Source of the DNA: an uncultured Candidatus Binatia bacterium
GTDB lineage: Bacteria; Desulfobacterota; Binatia; UBA9968; JAJDTQ01
Assembly (NCBI GenBank): GCA_965215605.1
Contig: OZ244070.1
Location: 1,664,001-1,728,000 of the forward strand
DNA length: 64,000 bases
Direction: 5' to 3'
Positions 32,484 through 42,192 of the stretch are shown piece after piece. How positions within the stretch are numbered: the first letter of the stretch is position 1; the number at the start of each line of letters is the position of its first letter. The position numbers and the translations under genes were made by a program. The notes below the pieces were generated by a model. The model saw only the letters and a list, made by a program, of their open reading frames with translations. It had not been told where the DNA came from and ran no database searches.

Positions 32484-33142
32484 CGTTCAAGCCGGCTCTC
32501 GACACACTGCCCGCCGAACAACGGAGACTATGGCCACAACTCTCGGACATCCCCAAGTGCTTCGTCCTTTACGGCGGTACCGCCCTGGCGTTGAGACTGG
32601 CGCACCGGTGCTCCGTTGACTTCGACTTCTTTTCGTCGGACCCCGTCAACCTCGATGCGTTGTTCCGGCTCCCCTTCGTAGCCCGGGCGGAGGTGCTCCA
32701 GAGGGAACCGGACACGCTGACGGTTTCGGTGACACCCGGCGGTACAGCGAACCCGGTAAAGGTCTCCTTTTTTGGAGGCATCGACACCGGACGTGTGGGA
32801 GATCCGGAACAAACGGACGACCACGTGCTACGTGTGGCGTCACTGCTGGACTTGTTCGGAACCAAGCTCAAAGTGTTGCTGCAACGCGTGGCCGCCAGGG
32901 ATTACCTTGACTTGGCGGCCATCATCCGTGCCGGAGTCCCGTTGAAAGAGGGACTCGGCGCAGCCGCTACACTCTACGGACGGCGGTTCCCACCAGCGGA
33001 AGCCGTCAAGGCGCTCGGGTATTTCGATGAAGGAGAGGCGGCTGACGTCGACACCACGACACAGGCATTTCTCTTGCGAGAGGTCGCGGCTTGGGACTTC
33101 ACGATAGCGGCGATTACAAAGGCCGCCGATTCGCTTGCCTGA
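32480..33142 (+). CDS. AbiEii/AbiGii (DUF1814) nucleotidyltransferase toxin
   Basis: FVLYGGTALALRLAHRCSVDFDFF, KLKVLLQR, RDYLDL. Confidence 0.88.
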   Translation: MTFKPALDTLPAEQRRLWPQLSDIPKCFVLYGGTALALRLAHRCSVDFDFFSSDPVNLDALFRLPFVARAEVLQREPDTLTVSVTPGGTANPVKVSFFGGIDTGRVGDPEQTDDHVLRVASLLDLFGTKLKVLLQRVAARDYLDLAAIIRAGVPLKEGLGAAATLYGRRFPPAEAVKALGYFDEGEAADVDTTTQAFLLREVAAWDFTIAAITKAADSLA

Positions 33143-33207
33143 AGACGGACCCGCGAAACACTATACCGATATACGGCAACTCCCTGGGTGCTGCCCCTGG
33201 AACGGAC

Positions 33208-33238
33208 AAAGGGGACGGCCCATGAGCCGTCACCTTTT
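33208..33238. terminator. Possibly bidirectional terminator between convergent genes
   Basis: AAAGGGGACGGC-N6-GCCGTCACCTTTT. Confidence 0.6.
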
Positions 33239-33257
33239 CGGCCGCCGCGTTCTCCCG

Positions 33258-34697
33258 CTAGTGCTTGGTGGCGGGCCACCTTCCTTCGACCATGGCGTTG
33301 AACTCGTCGGTGAAGAAGAACTTCTCCTGGCCGAAGGCCGGGCGCAACTGGTCGAACCAGGTGGCCTCCGGGTCGTAGGCCGCATAGAACGGCCGGCCGA
33401 CCCAGTCGGGACTACGTCCCTGGAGGAAGCGCAGGATGAAGACCTTCTCGCCGGCGATCTCCTGCACGTCCTGGACCTCGACCTTGCCGGGGGTGGCGCT
33501 CATGCTCGGGCCGCGCACGGTGCGGGACAAGCCGGAGACGAACTTGTAGGCATTCTGGAAGATGTGACAGCAGCGCTCCAGCGGCACCTCGAAGTAGTTG
33601 CGTGCGCCGGTGTCGCGTTCCACGAACATGTAGTAGGGGATCATCCCCAGCCGCACCTCTTCCTCCCACATGCGGATCCACACGTCGGAAGAGTCGTTGA
33701 TGTGGGCGAGCAGCGGGGCCTGGCAGCGGATCACCGCGCCGGCGTCGCGCAGGCGGCGGATCGCCTCCCGAACCACGTTGGTCTCGAGCTCCCGCCAGTG
33801 GTTGAAGTGGGCCATGATGGCGACATGCTTGCCCGCCTTCACGATCTTCTCCAGCAGGCGCAGCATGTCGTCGGCATCTTCGTCGCCGACGAACCGGTAG
33901 GGCCAGAACGTCAGGGACTTGGTGCCGATGCGGATGTCCTGCACGTGCGCGAGACGCGGATCCTCCACGAAAGGCTCCAGATAGTTGCGGAACACCGCGG
34001 TCTTCATGATCATGGGGTCGCCGCCGGTCACCAGCAAGTCGGTGACGTCTGGATGCGCCGCCAGGTAATCGTGCAGCCCGTCGGCTTCCTTGGCCACGAT
34101 CTTGAGCGTGTTGTCGCCCACGAACTGCGCCCAGCGGAAACAGAAGGTGCAGTAGGCATGGCAGGTCTGCCCCTGGCTGGGGAAGAACAGCACAGTCTCC
34201 CGGTACTTGTGCTGAAGGCCGTGAATGGTCTCCTGCGCGACCTTGGGAATGTTCAGCTCCCGCTGCCCCGCGGGGTGCGGGTTGAGCCTCTCGCGGATCT
34301 CGTGGGCGCCCTCCTTGATCTCGTTCGAGGAAGCGTCGCGCCGCAGGAGGTCGGCCATGTGGAGAAAGTCGACATCCTCGAGCATCCCCTGTTGCGGGAA
34401 GGTCATCTGGTAGACCGGGTCGTCGGGCACCCGGTCCCAGTCGATGAGGTGGTCGATCACGTACCGGTTGGACCGGAACGGCAGCACGTTGGCCACCACC
34501 TTCATGGCGAACCGGTCATCGCGGGATAGTCTCTCTAGCTGCGGAATCTCGTCGAGGTGTTTGGTCGACAACGCCTTGTAGCGTTCGGACGGAAAGATCG
34601 GCGCCTCATGCGTGAGGTTTTGTTCCTCCGCTTGAAGAGGCATCAACCCCGGGTCGCGTGCGGGTTCGTTGCCGGGTTCCGACGGGACTTTGCTCAT
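33258..34697 (-). CDS. KamA-family radical SAM/PLP amino acid 2,3-aminomutase
   Basis: HKYRETVLFF, CHAYCTFCFRW (CxxxCxxC), TGGDPM, RIGTK, PYYMF, PGKV. Confidence 0.88.
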   Translation of the reverse strand: MSKVPSEPGNEPARDPGLMPLQAEEQNLTHEAPIFPSERYKALSTKHLDEIPQLERLSRDDRFAMKVVANVLPFRSNRYVIDHLIDWDRVPDDPVYQMTFPQQGMLEDVDFLHMADLLRRDASSNEIKEGAHEIRERLNPHPAGQRELNIPKVAQETIHGLQHKYRETVLFFPSQGQTCHAYCTFCFRWAQFVGDNTLKIVAKEADGLHDYLAAHPDVTDLLVTGGDPMIMKTAVFRNYLEPFVEDPRLAHVQDIRIGTKSLTFWPYRFVGDEDADDMLRLLEKIVKAGKHVAIMAHFNHWRELETNVVREAIRRLRDAGAVIRCQAPLLAHINDSSDVWIRMWEEEVRLGMIPYYMFVERDTGARNYFEVPLERCCHIFQNAYKFVSGLSRTVRGPSMSATPGKVEVQDVQEIAGEKVFILRFLQGRSPDWVGRPFYAAYDPEATWFDQLRPAFGQEKFFFTDEFNAMVEGRWPATKH

Positions 34698-34940
34698 GAC
34701 TCACCTCCCAGGTTATCTCGTCTCGGCTTTCAATCCTCGACTTTCATCAAAAGTATACTCCGCAGACGCCAATTTGAAAGACAAAAAAGAGAATAAACGT
34801 TGTCAACACGGTATTGCAAGGGCTGGAGCCGTTCTCGCCGATTCGATTTTTCGGCTTTGCCGTCTTTTCTGCTTTACTGTTCCCTGGGGCAATCGGTTTT
34901 CGGATGCAGCCTCTCAAAGGCTCGAAAGGAGCGAACGTCA

Positions 34941-36209
34941 ATGGCCGCCGATCTTTTCTCCACCGCGCGGGAACGCCTCGAAGACGCTGCCCGCCACCTC
35001 GACATCGAGCGCGAAATCATCGACCAGCTCCGCTATCCCAGGGAGACGCTGGCCGCCACTTTGCTGGTGCGCATGGACGACGGCTCGCGCAAGGGGTTCA
35101 AGGCGTGGCGCTGCCGCTATGACGACACCCGCGGCCCCACCAAGGGCGGCATCCGCTTCCACCCCGCGGTGAACGTCGACGAGGTGATGACGCTGGCGTT
35201 CTGGATGACCTTCAAGTGCGCGGTCGTCAACCTCCCCTTCGGCGGCGGCAAGGGCGGCGTGTCCGTGGACGTCAAGAAGCTCTCCCGCGCCGAGCTTGAG
35301 CGCCTGAGCCGTGCCTACGTGCAGGCGTTCGCGCGGTTCATCGGACCCGAGCGCGACATCCCCGCCCCGGACATGTACACCAACGGCATCGTCATGGCCT
35401 GGATGGCGGACGAGTACGGCGCCATCACCGGCCATCCCAGTCCGGCCATCATCACCGGCAAGCCGGTGGCCCTGGGCGGCTCCCTGGGACGCGACGACGC
35501 CACCGGACGCGGCGGCTTCTACGTCCTGCAACAACTGAAGGACGCCCTGGGCATCGGGCCGGACAAGACGCGCATCGTCCTTCAGGGCTTCGGCAACGCC
35601 TCGTTCCACTGCGCGCGCCTGCTCCACGACGACGGCTATCGGATCGTCGGACTGTCGGACTCGAGCGCCGCCGTCTACGATCCCGACGGCATGGACCCCC
35701 ATGCGGTGATGGAGCACAAGATGCGTACCCGGAGCGTGGCCGGCGCCCCCACCCGCGGGCGCGCGCGGGACCTCGACAACGCGGCGCTCCTGGAGGCGGA
35801 GTGCGACGTGCTGATCCCGGCGGCGGTGGAGAATCAGATCACCGGGGACAACGCCGCCGCCGTCCAGGCACCGGTGATCCTGGAGCTGGCCAACGGCCCG
35901 GTGACGCCGGCGGCCGACGCCATCCTGGACAAGAGGCGCGTGGCGGTGATCCCGGACATCCTGGCCAACTCGGGCGGGGTGACCGTGTCCTACTTCGAGT
36001 GGGTGCAGAACAAGGCGGGCTACTACTGGCCGGTGGAGGAGGTGCGCGCGAAGCTCAAGGCCATCATGGACCCGGAGACCCGGCGCATCCGGGAAGTGGC
36101 CCGGGAAAGGTCCGTCAGCCTGCGCACCGCCGCCTACGTCCATGCCCTCGAACGCATCGGCCACGCGATGGAGGCGCGCGGCACCAAGGCGTTCTTCAGC
36201 GCCCGGTGA
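34941..36209 (+). CDS. gdhA: Glu/Leu/Phe/Val dehydrogenase (glutamate dehydrogenase-like)
   Basis: GPTKGGIRF, PFGGGKGG, DIPAPD, QGFGN, GGVTVSYFEWVQN. Confidence 0.9.
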   Translation: MAADLFSTARERLEDAARHLDIEREIIDQLRYPRETLAATLLVRMDDGSRKGFKAWRCRYDDTRGPTKGGIRFHPAVNVDEVMTLAFWMTFKCAVVNLPFGGGKGGVSVDVKKLSRAELERLSRAYVQAFARFIGPERDIPAPDMYTNGIVMAWMADEYGAITGHPSPAIITGKPVALGGSLGRDDATGRGGFYVLQQLKDALGIGPDKTRIVLQGFGNASFHCARLLHDDGYRIVGLSDSSAAVYDPDGMDPHAVMEHKMRTRSVAGAPTRGRARDLDNAALLEAECDVLIPAAVENQITGDNAAAVQAPVILELANGPVTPAADAILDKRRVAVIPDILANSGGVTVSYFEWVQNKAGYYWPVEEVRAKLKAIMDPETRRIREVARERSVSLRTAAYVHALERIGHAMEARGTKAFFSAR

Positions 36210-37365
36210 CGGGTTCGCTCAACCGGATCACCACCGGCGCCGGATCCTTCCGGGTTGTCCGGCAGATCCGGCGAAGGGCATTCCACGGCCGGGCGCGTCC
36301 GCGGAACGCTTTTCCCGTGGCCCGCGCCTCGCGCCGCACGGCCTCGATGCGTTCCGTGGTGGGCGGGTGCGTCGAGAGGAGTTCCAGCATCTCGTCGTCG
36401 CCCTGTTTCTCGCTCTGTTTCTGCAACCTTGCAAAGAAGGCAGCGAACCCGGCGGCGTCCATGTTGGCGGCGTTGAGGCGCGCCACCGCGAAACGGTCCG
36501 CCTCGCGCTCGGCGGCGCGCGAATAACCGAGGTTGAGCGTTAGCCAGCCCAGGCCCGTGAGCAGCGCGCCGCCGCTCGTATCGCCGATCAGCAGGCCGGC
36601 GAGCACGGCCGTGGCGCCAGAACGGTACATTCGCCTGAGGCCGTGATCGTAAACGATGTGGCCCACTTCGTGAACAAACACGCCCGCGACTTCCTCCGGG
36701 CTTGCCGCGTGCTCGATCAATCCCTTGGTCAACACCACGATGCCGCCGGGCAGTGCGAAGGCATTGACCGCCTTGCTGTTGACCACCACCACGCGCAGGC
36801 TCGCTGGAGCGTCAAGCCCTCGGGTCAGATGGGTGGAAAGCCCCCGGAGGGCCCGCTGTCCCGGCACCGCGCTGCAATACGCCCGCGACGCCGCCCGGGA
36901 CCCTTCCTTTCGCATGAGAACGAGCGTGAGCTGCCGCAGGGTGGTCGCGCCGATGCGCTGCCTGACGGACTCCGGCGTGGCCGCCGCCAGTTGGTCCGCC
37001 AGCAGCGGCACCACGACCAGAACGAGGATCGCGAGGGAAACCGCCGCGGCGCCGGCCCATGCCCCGATCCGGACAAGCCCGCCCCAGGACAGCCGCACCC
37101 CGCGGTAGAGCTGCGGCGCCACGGGCCGAAGCGCCTCCAGCACCGTCGGGTCATCGACGATGAGCCGTGCCGTGGTGCCGTCGAGACCGAGCCGCACGGG
37201 CTCCCCCGCCCGCGGCGGCTCGGTGAGAACGACGCGCTCCGCGGGCCAATCCGCCAGCGCCGCCCCATCCGTGTCGGAGATGCCGATCCCCGCCGCGGTC
37301 ACGGCGACGGCGACACGCCGTACCCGGGCCGTCACGCCGTCGTAGTAGCTCGCTGCGTACCACAT
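36196..37365 (-). CDS. M48 family metallopeptidase
   Basis: VNAFALPGG, HEVGH, YSRAAEREAD, LSTHP; one TM helix. Confidence 0.88.
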   Translation of the reverse strand: MWYAASYYDGVTARVRRVAVAVTAAGIGISDTDGAALADWPAERVVLTEPPRAGEPVRLGLDGTTARLIVDDPTVLEALRPVAPQLYRGVRLSWGGLVRIGAWAGAAAVSLAILVLVVVPLLADQLAAATPESVRQRIGATTLRQLTLVLMRKEGSRAASRAYCSAVPGQRALRGLSTHLTRGLDAPASLRVVVVNSKAVNAFALPGGIVVLTKGLIEHAASPEEVAGVFVHEVGHIVYDHGLRRMYRSGATAVLAGLLIGDTSGGALLTGLGWLTLNLGYSRAAEREADRFAVARLNAANMDAAGFAAFFARLQKQSEKQGDDEMLELLSTHPPTTERIEAVRREARATGKAFRGRARPWNALRRICRTTRKDPAPVVIRLSEPVTGR

Positions 37366-37370
37366 CACGG

Positions 37371-38609
37371 TCAGAAGCCTCCCACGTCGAGCGCGTCGGC
37401 CAGCCCTTCGCCGCGGCGCGGCATGGCGGCGGAGGACTGGACCGCCCGCCCCAATCCGTCGGGTTCGTGAATGGACAGGGTCCTGCACGCCAACGCAAGC
37501 AGAGAGACCTGGACGAACAGCGTGCGAGCCAGACCATAGAGCCAATAGATGAAAACGAGCGCGAACGGTATGAGCACCACAAGCCATCGTGGGTCCACAT
37601 CGCCCAGGGCGATGGGGCCGACGATTACGAACAACCCCACCGAGGCACACGCGCCCGCGATCAGAATGCAAAACCAGAACACAAGGTAGACACCGAAGAC
37701 GGATCCGGCATGGACCGTGGATTCCAGCCGGGTGCTTCCGATGCGCACTCCATTGACCAAGAGACGAAACTCGTTGACCCGGTACCAGGCGAACATGGCT
37801 GCGCTGACGGGCAGAACCCATAGAGGTGTGAAACGGCATGCGCGCAGCGCCGCGATGATTTCGGAACGCGCCGGCTGGCGTTCGCGGAGCACGTCCATCA
37901 AGGCGATCAAGGGGTCCATGTTGATGAGAACAAACACAAGGATCGCCACCAGGGCAGGGACCGCAACCACCCACCATCGCACAAAGAGTAGCCAAGCGCC
38001 GCCTTCGAAGGAGAAGCGGGTGGCGCCGAACCGGGCGTGATTGGCGACGTAGCGCGTCGTGGCCACGCGCCACGCGGGGTAGGCCAGGCCCAGCGTGGCC
38101 AGTGCCGCGACCGCGTACAGGCATCCGATGACTGCGTAGTTGAGGGTGGACCCGTCGAGCCCGAAACGCACGCCCCGCCATGCCGTGCGGCTCAGGCGAA
38201 AACGCCACATCCTGTAGATCGCCAAGTGGAAGAGGAAGCCGAAGATGGCGTAGGAGACCGCGTGGAACAACAGGGCGCCGTAGGGCGCGCCTTCGGGCAG
38301 GAAAGCGCCGAGCCACGAAAGGATGGCCGTGAACGGGGCGAGGAAAATCACGACGATGAGGAAGCCGAACAGCAGTTCCTGGCCCGTGCCGAGATACTCC
38401 AGGGGTTCGTCGAGGACCTTGACGTGCCGCCACAGGAACTGGCGTACGCGGGTCTTCCCCCAGAACCGGTAGAGCCCGAAGGCCGTCAGATTCAGCAACA
38501 GGTTGCGGAACAGCAGCGCGGCCAACTCCCCGCGACGGCCGTCGAAGGCCACCGTTGGGCGCGGAGCCGGCGCCGTATCGCGTCGCGCAAGTTCGGTGTC
38601 GTCTTCCAT
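37371..38609 (-). CDS. YjgN (DUF898) family membrane protein
   Basis: NLLLNLTAFGLYRFWGKTRVRQFLW, LEYLGTGQEL, TLGLAYP, EGLADALDVG. Confidence 0.88.
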   Translation of the reverse strand: MEDDTELARRDTAPAPRPTVAFDGRRGELAALLFRNLLLNLTAFGLYRFWGKTRVRQFLWRHVKVLDEPLEYLGTGQELLFGFLIVVIFLAPFTAILSWLGAFLPEGAPYGALLFHAVSYAIFGFLFHLAIYRMWRFRLSRTAWRGVRFGLDGSTLNYAVIGCLYAVAALATLGLAYPAWRVATTRYVANHARFGATRFSFEGGAWLLFVRWWVVAVPALVAILVFVLINMDPLIALMDVLRERQPARSEIIAALRACRFTPLWVLPVSAAMFAWYRVNEFRLLVNGVRIGSTRLESTVHAGSVFGVYLVFWFCILIAGACASVGLFVIVGPIALGDVDPRWLVVLIPFALVFIYWLYGLARTLFVQVSLLALACRTLSIHEPDGLGRAVQSSAAMPRRGEGLADALDVGGF

Positions 38610-38744
38610 GCCGTTCCCGCGAAAGTCCTTGCGCCAGGAATTTACGGGACGCGACACTCGTTGGCAACCGATCGAACCAGAACACGCGACGGCGCAGCCC
38701 ATGAGTACCTTGGACACCCCGGAACCGGATGATAAATTTGCTGC

Positions 38745-39656
38745 ATGACGACACGTGGAGGCCCCGGACACCTCGACGCCCTCGAGGCCGAATCGATTCA
38801 CATCATGCGCGAGGTCGCGGCCGGCTTCTCCAAGGCGGTCATGCTCTACTCCATCGGCAAGGACAGCTCGGTGCTCGTGCGGCTGGCGCAGAAGGCCTTC
38901 CGCCCGGCGCCGGCGCCCTTCCCCCTGCTGCACGTGGACACCACCTGGAAGTTCCCGGAGATGTACGCGTTCCGCGAACGCACGGCGCGCGAGACCGGCA
39001 TGGAGATCCTCGTTCACATCAACCAGGAGGGTCTCTCGCGGGACATCGACCCTTTCACCCACGGCTCGGCTCTTCACACGGACGTCATGAAGACCCAGGC
39101 GCTGAAGCAGGCGCTCGACGAGCACGGCTTCGACGCGGCGTTGGCGGGGGCTCGGCGCGACGAGGAGATGTCCCGCGCCAAAGAGCGGGTGTTCTCCCTG
39201 CGTAGCCGGGGACATCGATGGGATCCCAAGAACCAGCGCCCGGAGCTCTGGCGCCTCTACAACACCCACATCGGCAAGGGTGAATCCATGCGCGTCTTTC
39301 CGCTCTCCAACTGGACGGAGCTGGACGTGTGGAGCTACATCGACAGGGAGAACATCCCGGTCGTGCCGCTCTATTTCGCGGCCCCGCGCCCAGTGGTGCG
39401 GCGCTCGGGGACGCTGATCATGGTGGCGGACGAGCGCATGAAGCTCGAGCCCGGCGAAGAGCCGGAGATGAAGCGGGTGCGCTTCCGCACGCTGGGCTGC
39501 TACCCGCTGTCCGGCGCCATCGAATCCGATGCCGACAGCGTGCCGGCCATCATCCGGGAGATGCTCTCGGCCACGTATTCCGAGCGCCAGGGGCGCGTCA
39601 TCGACCACGACGGGGAAGGCTCCATGGAGCGCAAGAAGCAGGAGGGCTATTTCTGA
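38745..39656 (+). CDS. cysD: Sulfate adenylyltransferase subunit 2
   Basis: [41 protein letters not shown]. Confidence 0.96.
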   Translation: MTTRGGPGHLDALEAESIHIMREVAAGFSKAVMLYSIGKDSSVLVRLAQKAFRPAPAPFPLLHVDTTWKFPEMYAFRERTARETGMEILVHINQEGLSRDIDPFTHGSALHTDVMKTQALKQALDEHGFDAALAGARRDEEMSRAKERVFSLRSRGHRWDPKNQRPELWRLYNTHIGKGESMRVFPLSNWTELDVWSYIDRENIPVVPLYFAAPRPVVRRSGTLIMVADERMKLEPGEEPEMKRVRFRTLGCYPLSGAIESDADSVPAIIREMLSATYSERQGRVIDHDGEGSMERKKQEGYF

Positions 39657-41557
39657 TGTCCGCCGGCCCGTCCTCGGACGGCCGGGAATTCCGGGCCTAT
39701 GTCAACGCCCGGGAAGACCCGGACATCCTGCGCTTCATCACCTGTGGCAGCGTGGACGACGGCAAGTCGACGCTCATCGGCCGCCTGCTCTACGAATCCC
39801 GCCTGGTCTTCCAGGACCAGCTCGCGCGGGTGGAAGCCGACAGCAGACGGCACGGCACCCAGGGCGACAACCTGGACCTGGCGCTGCTGGTGGACGGCCT
39901 TCAGGCGGAACGCGAGCAGGGCATCACCATCGACGTCGCCTACCGTACCTTCTCCACCGCCAGGCGCTCCTTCATCGTGGCCGACGCCCCGGGACACGAG
40001 CAGTACACCCGCAACATGGCCACCGGCGCCTCCACCGCCGACCTGGCCGTGGTCCTCATCGACGCCCGCAAGGGGGTGCTGCCCCAGACCTGCCGGCACA
40101 CCACGATCCTGTCCCTTCTGGGAGTGCGCCATGTGATCCTGGCCATCAACAAGATGGACCTCGTGGACGGGTCCAGAGACGTCTACGACAGCATCGCCGC
40201 GGCCTACCGCGCCTTTGCCGGACGGCTCGACGTGACCGCCGTCACCTGCATTCCCGTGTCGGCCCTGACCGGCGACAATGTCACCGGGCCGTCCAGCGCA
40301 ATGGACTGGTATGACGGGCCGACGCTGCTACAGGCTCTGGAAACCGCCGATGTGGCCCCGGACCGCGGCAGCGCCCCCTTTCGCATGCCCGTGCAGTGGG
40401 TCAACCGCCCCAACGCCGGGTTCCGGGGCTTCGCGGGAACCGTGGCGTCAGGGCAGGTGCGTCCCGGCGACCCGGTGCTGGTGTGTCCGTCCCGGAAGGC
40501 CTCGGCGGTGGAACGCATCGTCGGACCGGACGGCGACCTCGACCGAGCAGGAGCCGGCCAGGCCGTGACGCTCACCCTCGCCGACGAGATCGACGTGAGC
40601 CGCGGGGACATCATCGCGTCCGCGTCGGCGCCGCCGAGCCTCAGCGACCAATTCGCCTGCCACATCGTCTGGATGGACGAAAACCCGCTGCTGCCCGAGC
40701 GTCCGTATCTGCTGAAAATCGGCGCGCGGCTGGCGGGGGCCCAAGTCACGGCCATCAAGCACAGGCTCAACGTCGACAACCTGGAGCACGCCGCGGCCAG
40801 GACCCTCGGGCTCAACGACATCGCCTACTGCAACATCGGCCTCGACCGGCAGATCGCGTTCGACCCCTATCGGGAACTGAGGGAGACCGGCGGGTTCATC
40901 CTCATCGACCGCTACACCCATGACACCGTGGGCGCGGGCATGATCGATTTCGGCCTGTGGCGCGGCTCCAACCTGACCCTCCACGAGCTCGCCATCGACA
41001 AGCCGGCGCGGGCGGCCCAGAAGAACCAGAAGGCCTGCGTCCTGTGGCTCACCGGGTTGTCCGGGGCGGGCAAATCGGCCACCGCCAACGCGGTGGAGAA
41101 GCGCCTGCACGCCATGGGACGGCACAGCTACACCCTCGACGGCGACAATCTCCGGCACGGGTTGACCCGGGACCTCGGCTTCACTGCGGCCGACCGGGTT
41201 GAAAACGTACGCCGCATCGCCGAGGTCGCCAAGCTGTTCGTGGACGCGGGGCTGATCGTTCTCGTGTCGGTGATCTCGCCCTTCCGCGACGAGCGCCGCA
41301 TGGCCCGCGAGATGATGGAGGAAGGTGAATTCGTCGAGGTGTTCGTGGACTGCCCCATCGAGGTCTGCGAGCAACGCGATCCCAAGGGGCTCTACCGGAA
41401 GGCACGGGCCGGCGAGATCGGGAACTTCACCGGCGTGGACAGCCCCTACGAGCCGCCCGAATATCCGGAACTCGTGTTGAAGACCGCGGAGCGGGATGTC
41501 GACGCGGTCGCGGACCAGGTTGTCGACTATCTGCGATCGAGGGTGGATGTCGCCTGA
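39656..41557 (+). CDS. cysNC: Bifunctional sulfate adenylyltransferase subunit 1 / APS kinase
   Basis: GSVDDGKSTLIGRLL, EQGITIDVAY, WLTGLSGAGKS, LDGDNLRHGL, RDPKGLY. Confidence 0.95.
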   Translation: MSAGPSSDGREFRAYVNAREDPDILRFITCGSVDDGKSTLIGRLLYESRLVFQDQLARVEADSRRHGTQGDNLDLALLVDGLQAEREQGITIDVAYRTFSTARRSFIVADAPGHEQYTRNMATGASTADLAVVLIDARKGVLPQTCRHTTILSLLGVRHVILAINKMDLVDGSRDVYDSIAAAYRAFAGRLDVTAVTCIPVSALTGDNVTGPSSAMDWYDGPTLLQALETADVAPDRGSAPFRMPVQWVNRPNAGFRGFAGTVASGQVRPGDPVLVCPSRKASAVERIVGPDGDLDRAGAGQAVTLTLADEIDVSRGDIIASASAPPSLSDQFACHIVWMDENPLLPERPYLLKIGARLAGAQVTAIKHRLNVDNLEHAAARTLGLNDIAYCNIGLDRQIAFDPYRELRETGGFILIDRYTHDTVGAGMIDFGLWRGSNLTLHELAIDKPARAAQKNQKACVLWLTGLSGAGKSATANAVEKRLHAMGRHSYTLDGDNLRHGLTRDLGFTAADRVENVRRIAEVAKLFVDAGLIVLVSVISPFRDERRMAREMMEEGEFVEVFVDCPIEVCEQRDPKGLYRKARAGEIGNFTGVDSPYEPPEYPELVLKTAERDVDAVADQVVDYLRSRVDVA

Positions 41558-41614
41558 CTCCGCATCCTCACCCAGCGGGCGGGAACGAGATCCGGCGAGA
41601 GGGGTATCAACGTG

Positions 41615-42010
41615 TCAGGGAGTGCCCGTGGACTCCTCGTCGTCCTTGGCTTCGGGTCCGGGGGCGGCCGCCGGCGCGTCTTCGGCCGGTGCCGCGGCCT
41701 CGGCCGGTGCCGCAGTCTCAGCCGGCGTCGCAGTCTCAGCCGCTGCCACAGTCTCAGCAGCAGCAGCAGCCTGCTCTGGCGCCGCTTCTACCGGTGCCGC
41801 CGCTGCAGGTGCCGCGGCCTCGACCTGGGCCGTGCCGGCGCTCTGCGGCTGGAGCTTGGCCTCTCGTGACAGCTTTCGGGTCTTCCGCTTCAGACGCCGG
41901 ATCTTCTGCCGCAGGATCTCCCGCTTGCCCGACTCCTCAACCCCGGTCTTCTCTTCCTTGAGCGTCTTGATCTGCTCCTTGACGGCTCCAATGCTGGTCT
42001 CTGCTGCCAC
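41615..42010 (-). CDS. Hypothetical protein: basic coiled-coil N-terminus with Ala/Glu/Pro-rich tail
   Basis: AAGGAGG RBS before GTG; KIRRLKRKTRKL; low-complexity tail. Confidence 0.7.
   Translation of the reverse strand: MAAETSIGAVKEQIKTLKEEKTGVEESGKREILRQKIRRLKRKTRKLSREAKLQPQSAGTAQVEAAAPAAAAPVEAAPEQAAAAAETVAAAETATPAETAAPAEAAAPAEDAPAAAPGPEAKDDEESTGTP
41683..41772. repeat. Five imperfect 18-bp tandem repeats (coding)
   Basis: CGGCCGGTGCCGCGGCCT / CGGCCGGTGCCGCAGTCT / CAGCCGGCGTCGCAGTCT / CAGCCGCTGCCACAGTCT / CAGCAGCAGCAGCAGCCT. Confidence 0.75.
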
Positions 42011-42102
42011 GTGTGCCTCCTTCGGATGAGTGAAGGGTAACGGGTATCACATGGGGGTGGGAATCGAAAGTGGCGGCGTGGCAGCCGCCCTCCGCCCCAC
42101 CC

Positions 42103-42151
42103 GGATTCCCGCCCCCGATCGGGGTCGAGGGCAAGCTTTCGCGGGAATGAC
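42103..42151 (-). repeat. Extended GTCATTCCC..GGGAATCC repeat
   Basis: GGATTCCCGCCCCCGATCGGGG..GCTTTCGCGGGAATGAC. Confidence 0.8.
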
Positions 42152-42192
42152 GGAGGGTGGCAGGTTTACCGGAGGAGGCAGGATGGACAGCT

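Noticed and set aside
33258-34697. EpmB (EF-P modification) or RiPP radical SAM
   Set aside because: Longer than EpmB, no efp/epmA adjacent, no SPASM cysteines or precursor peptide
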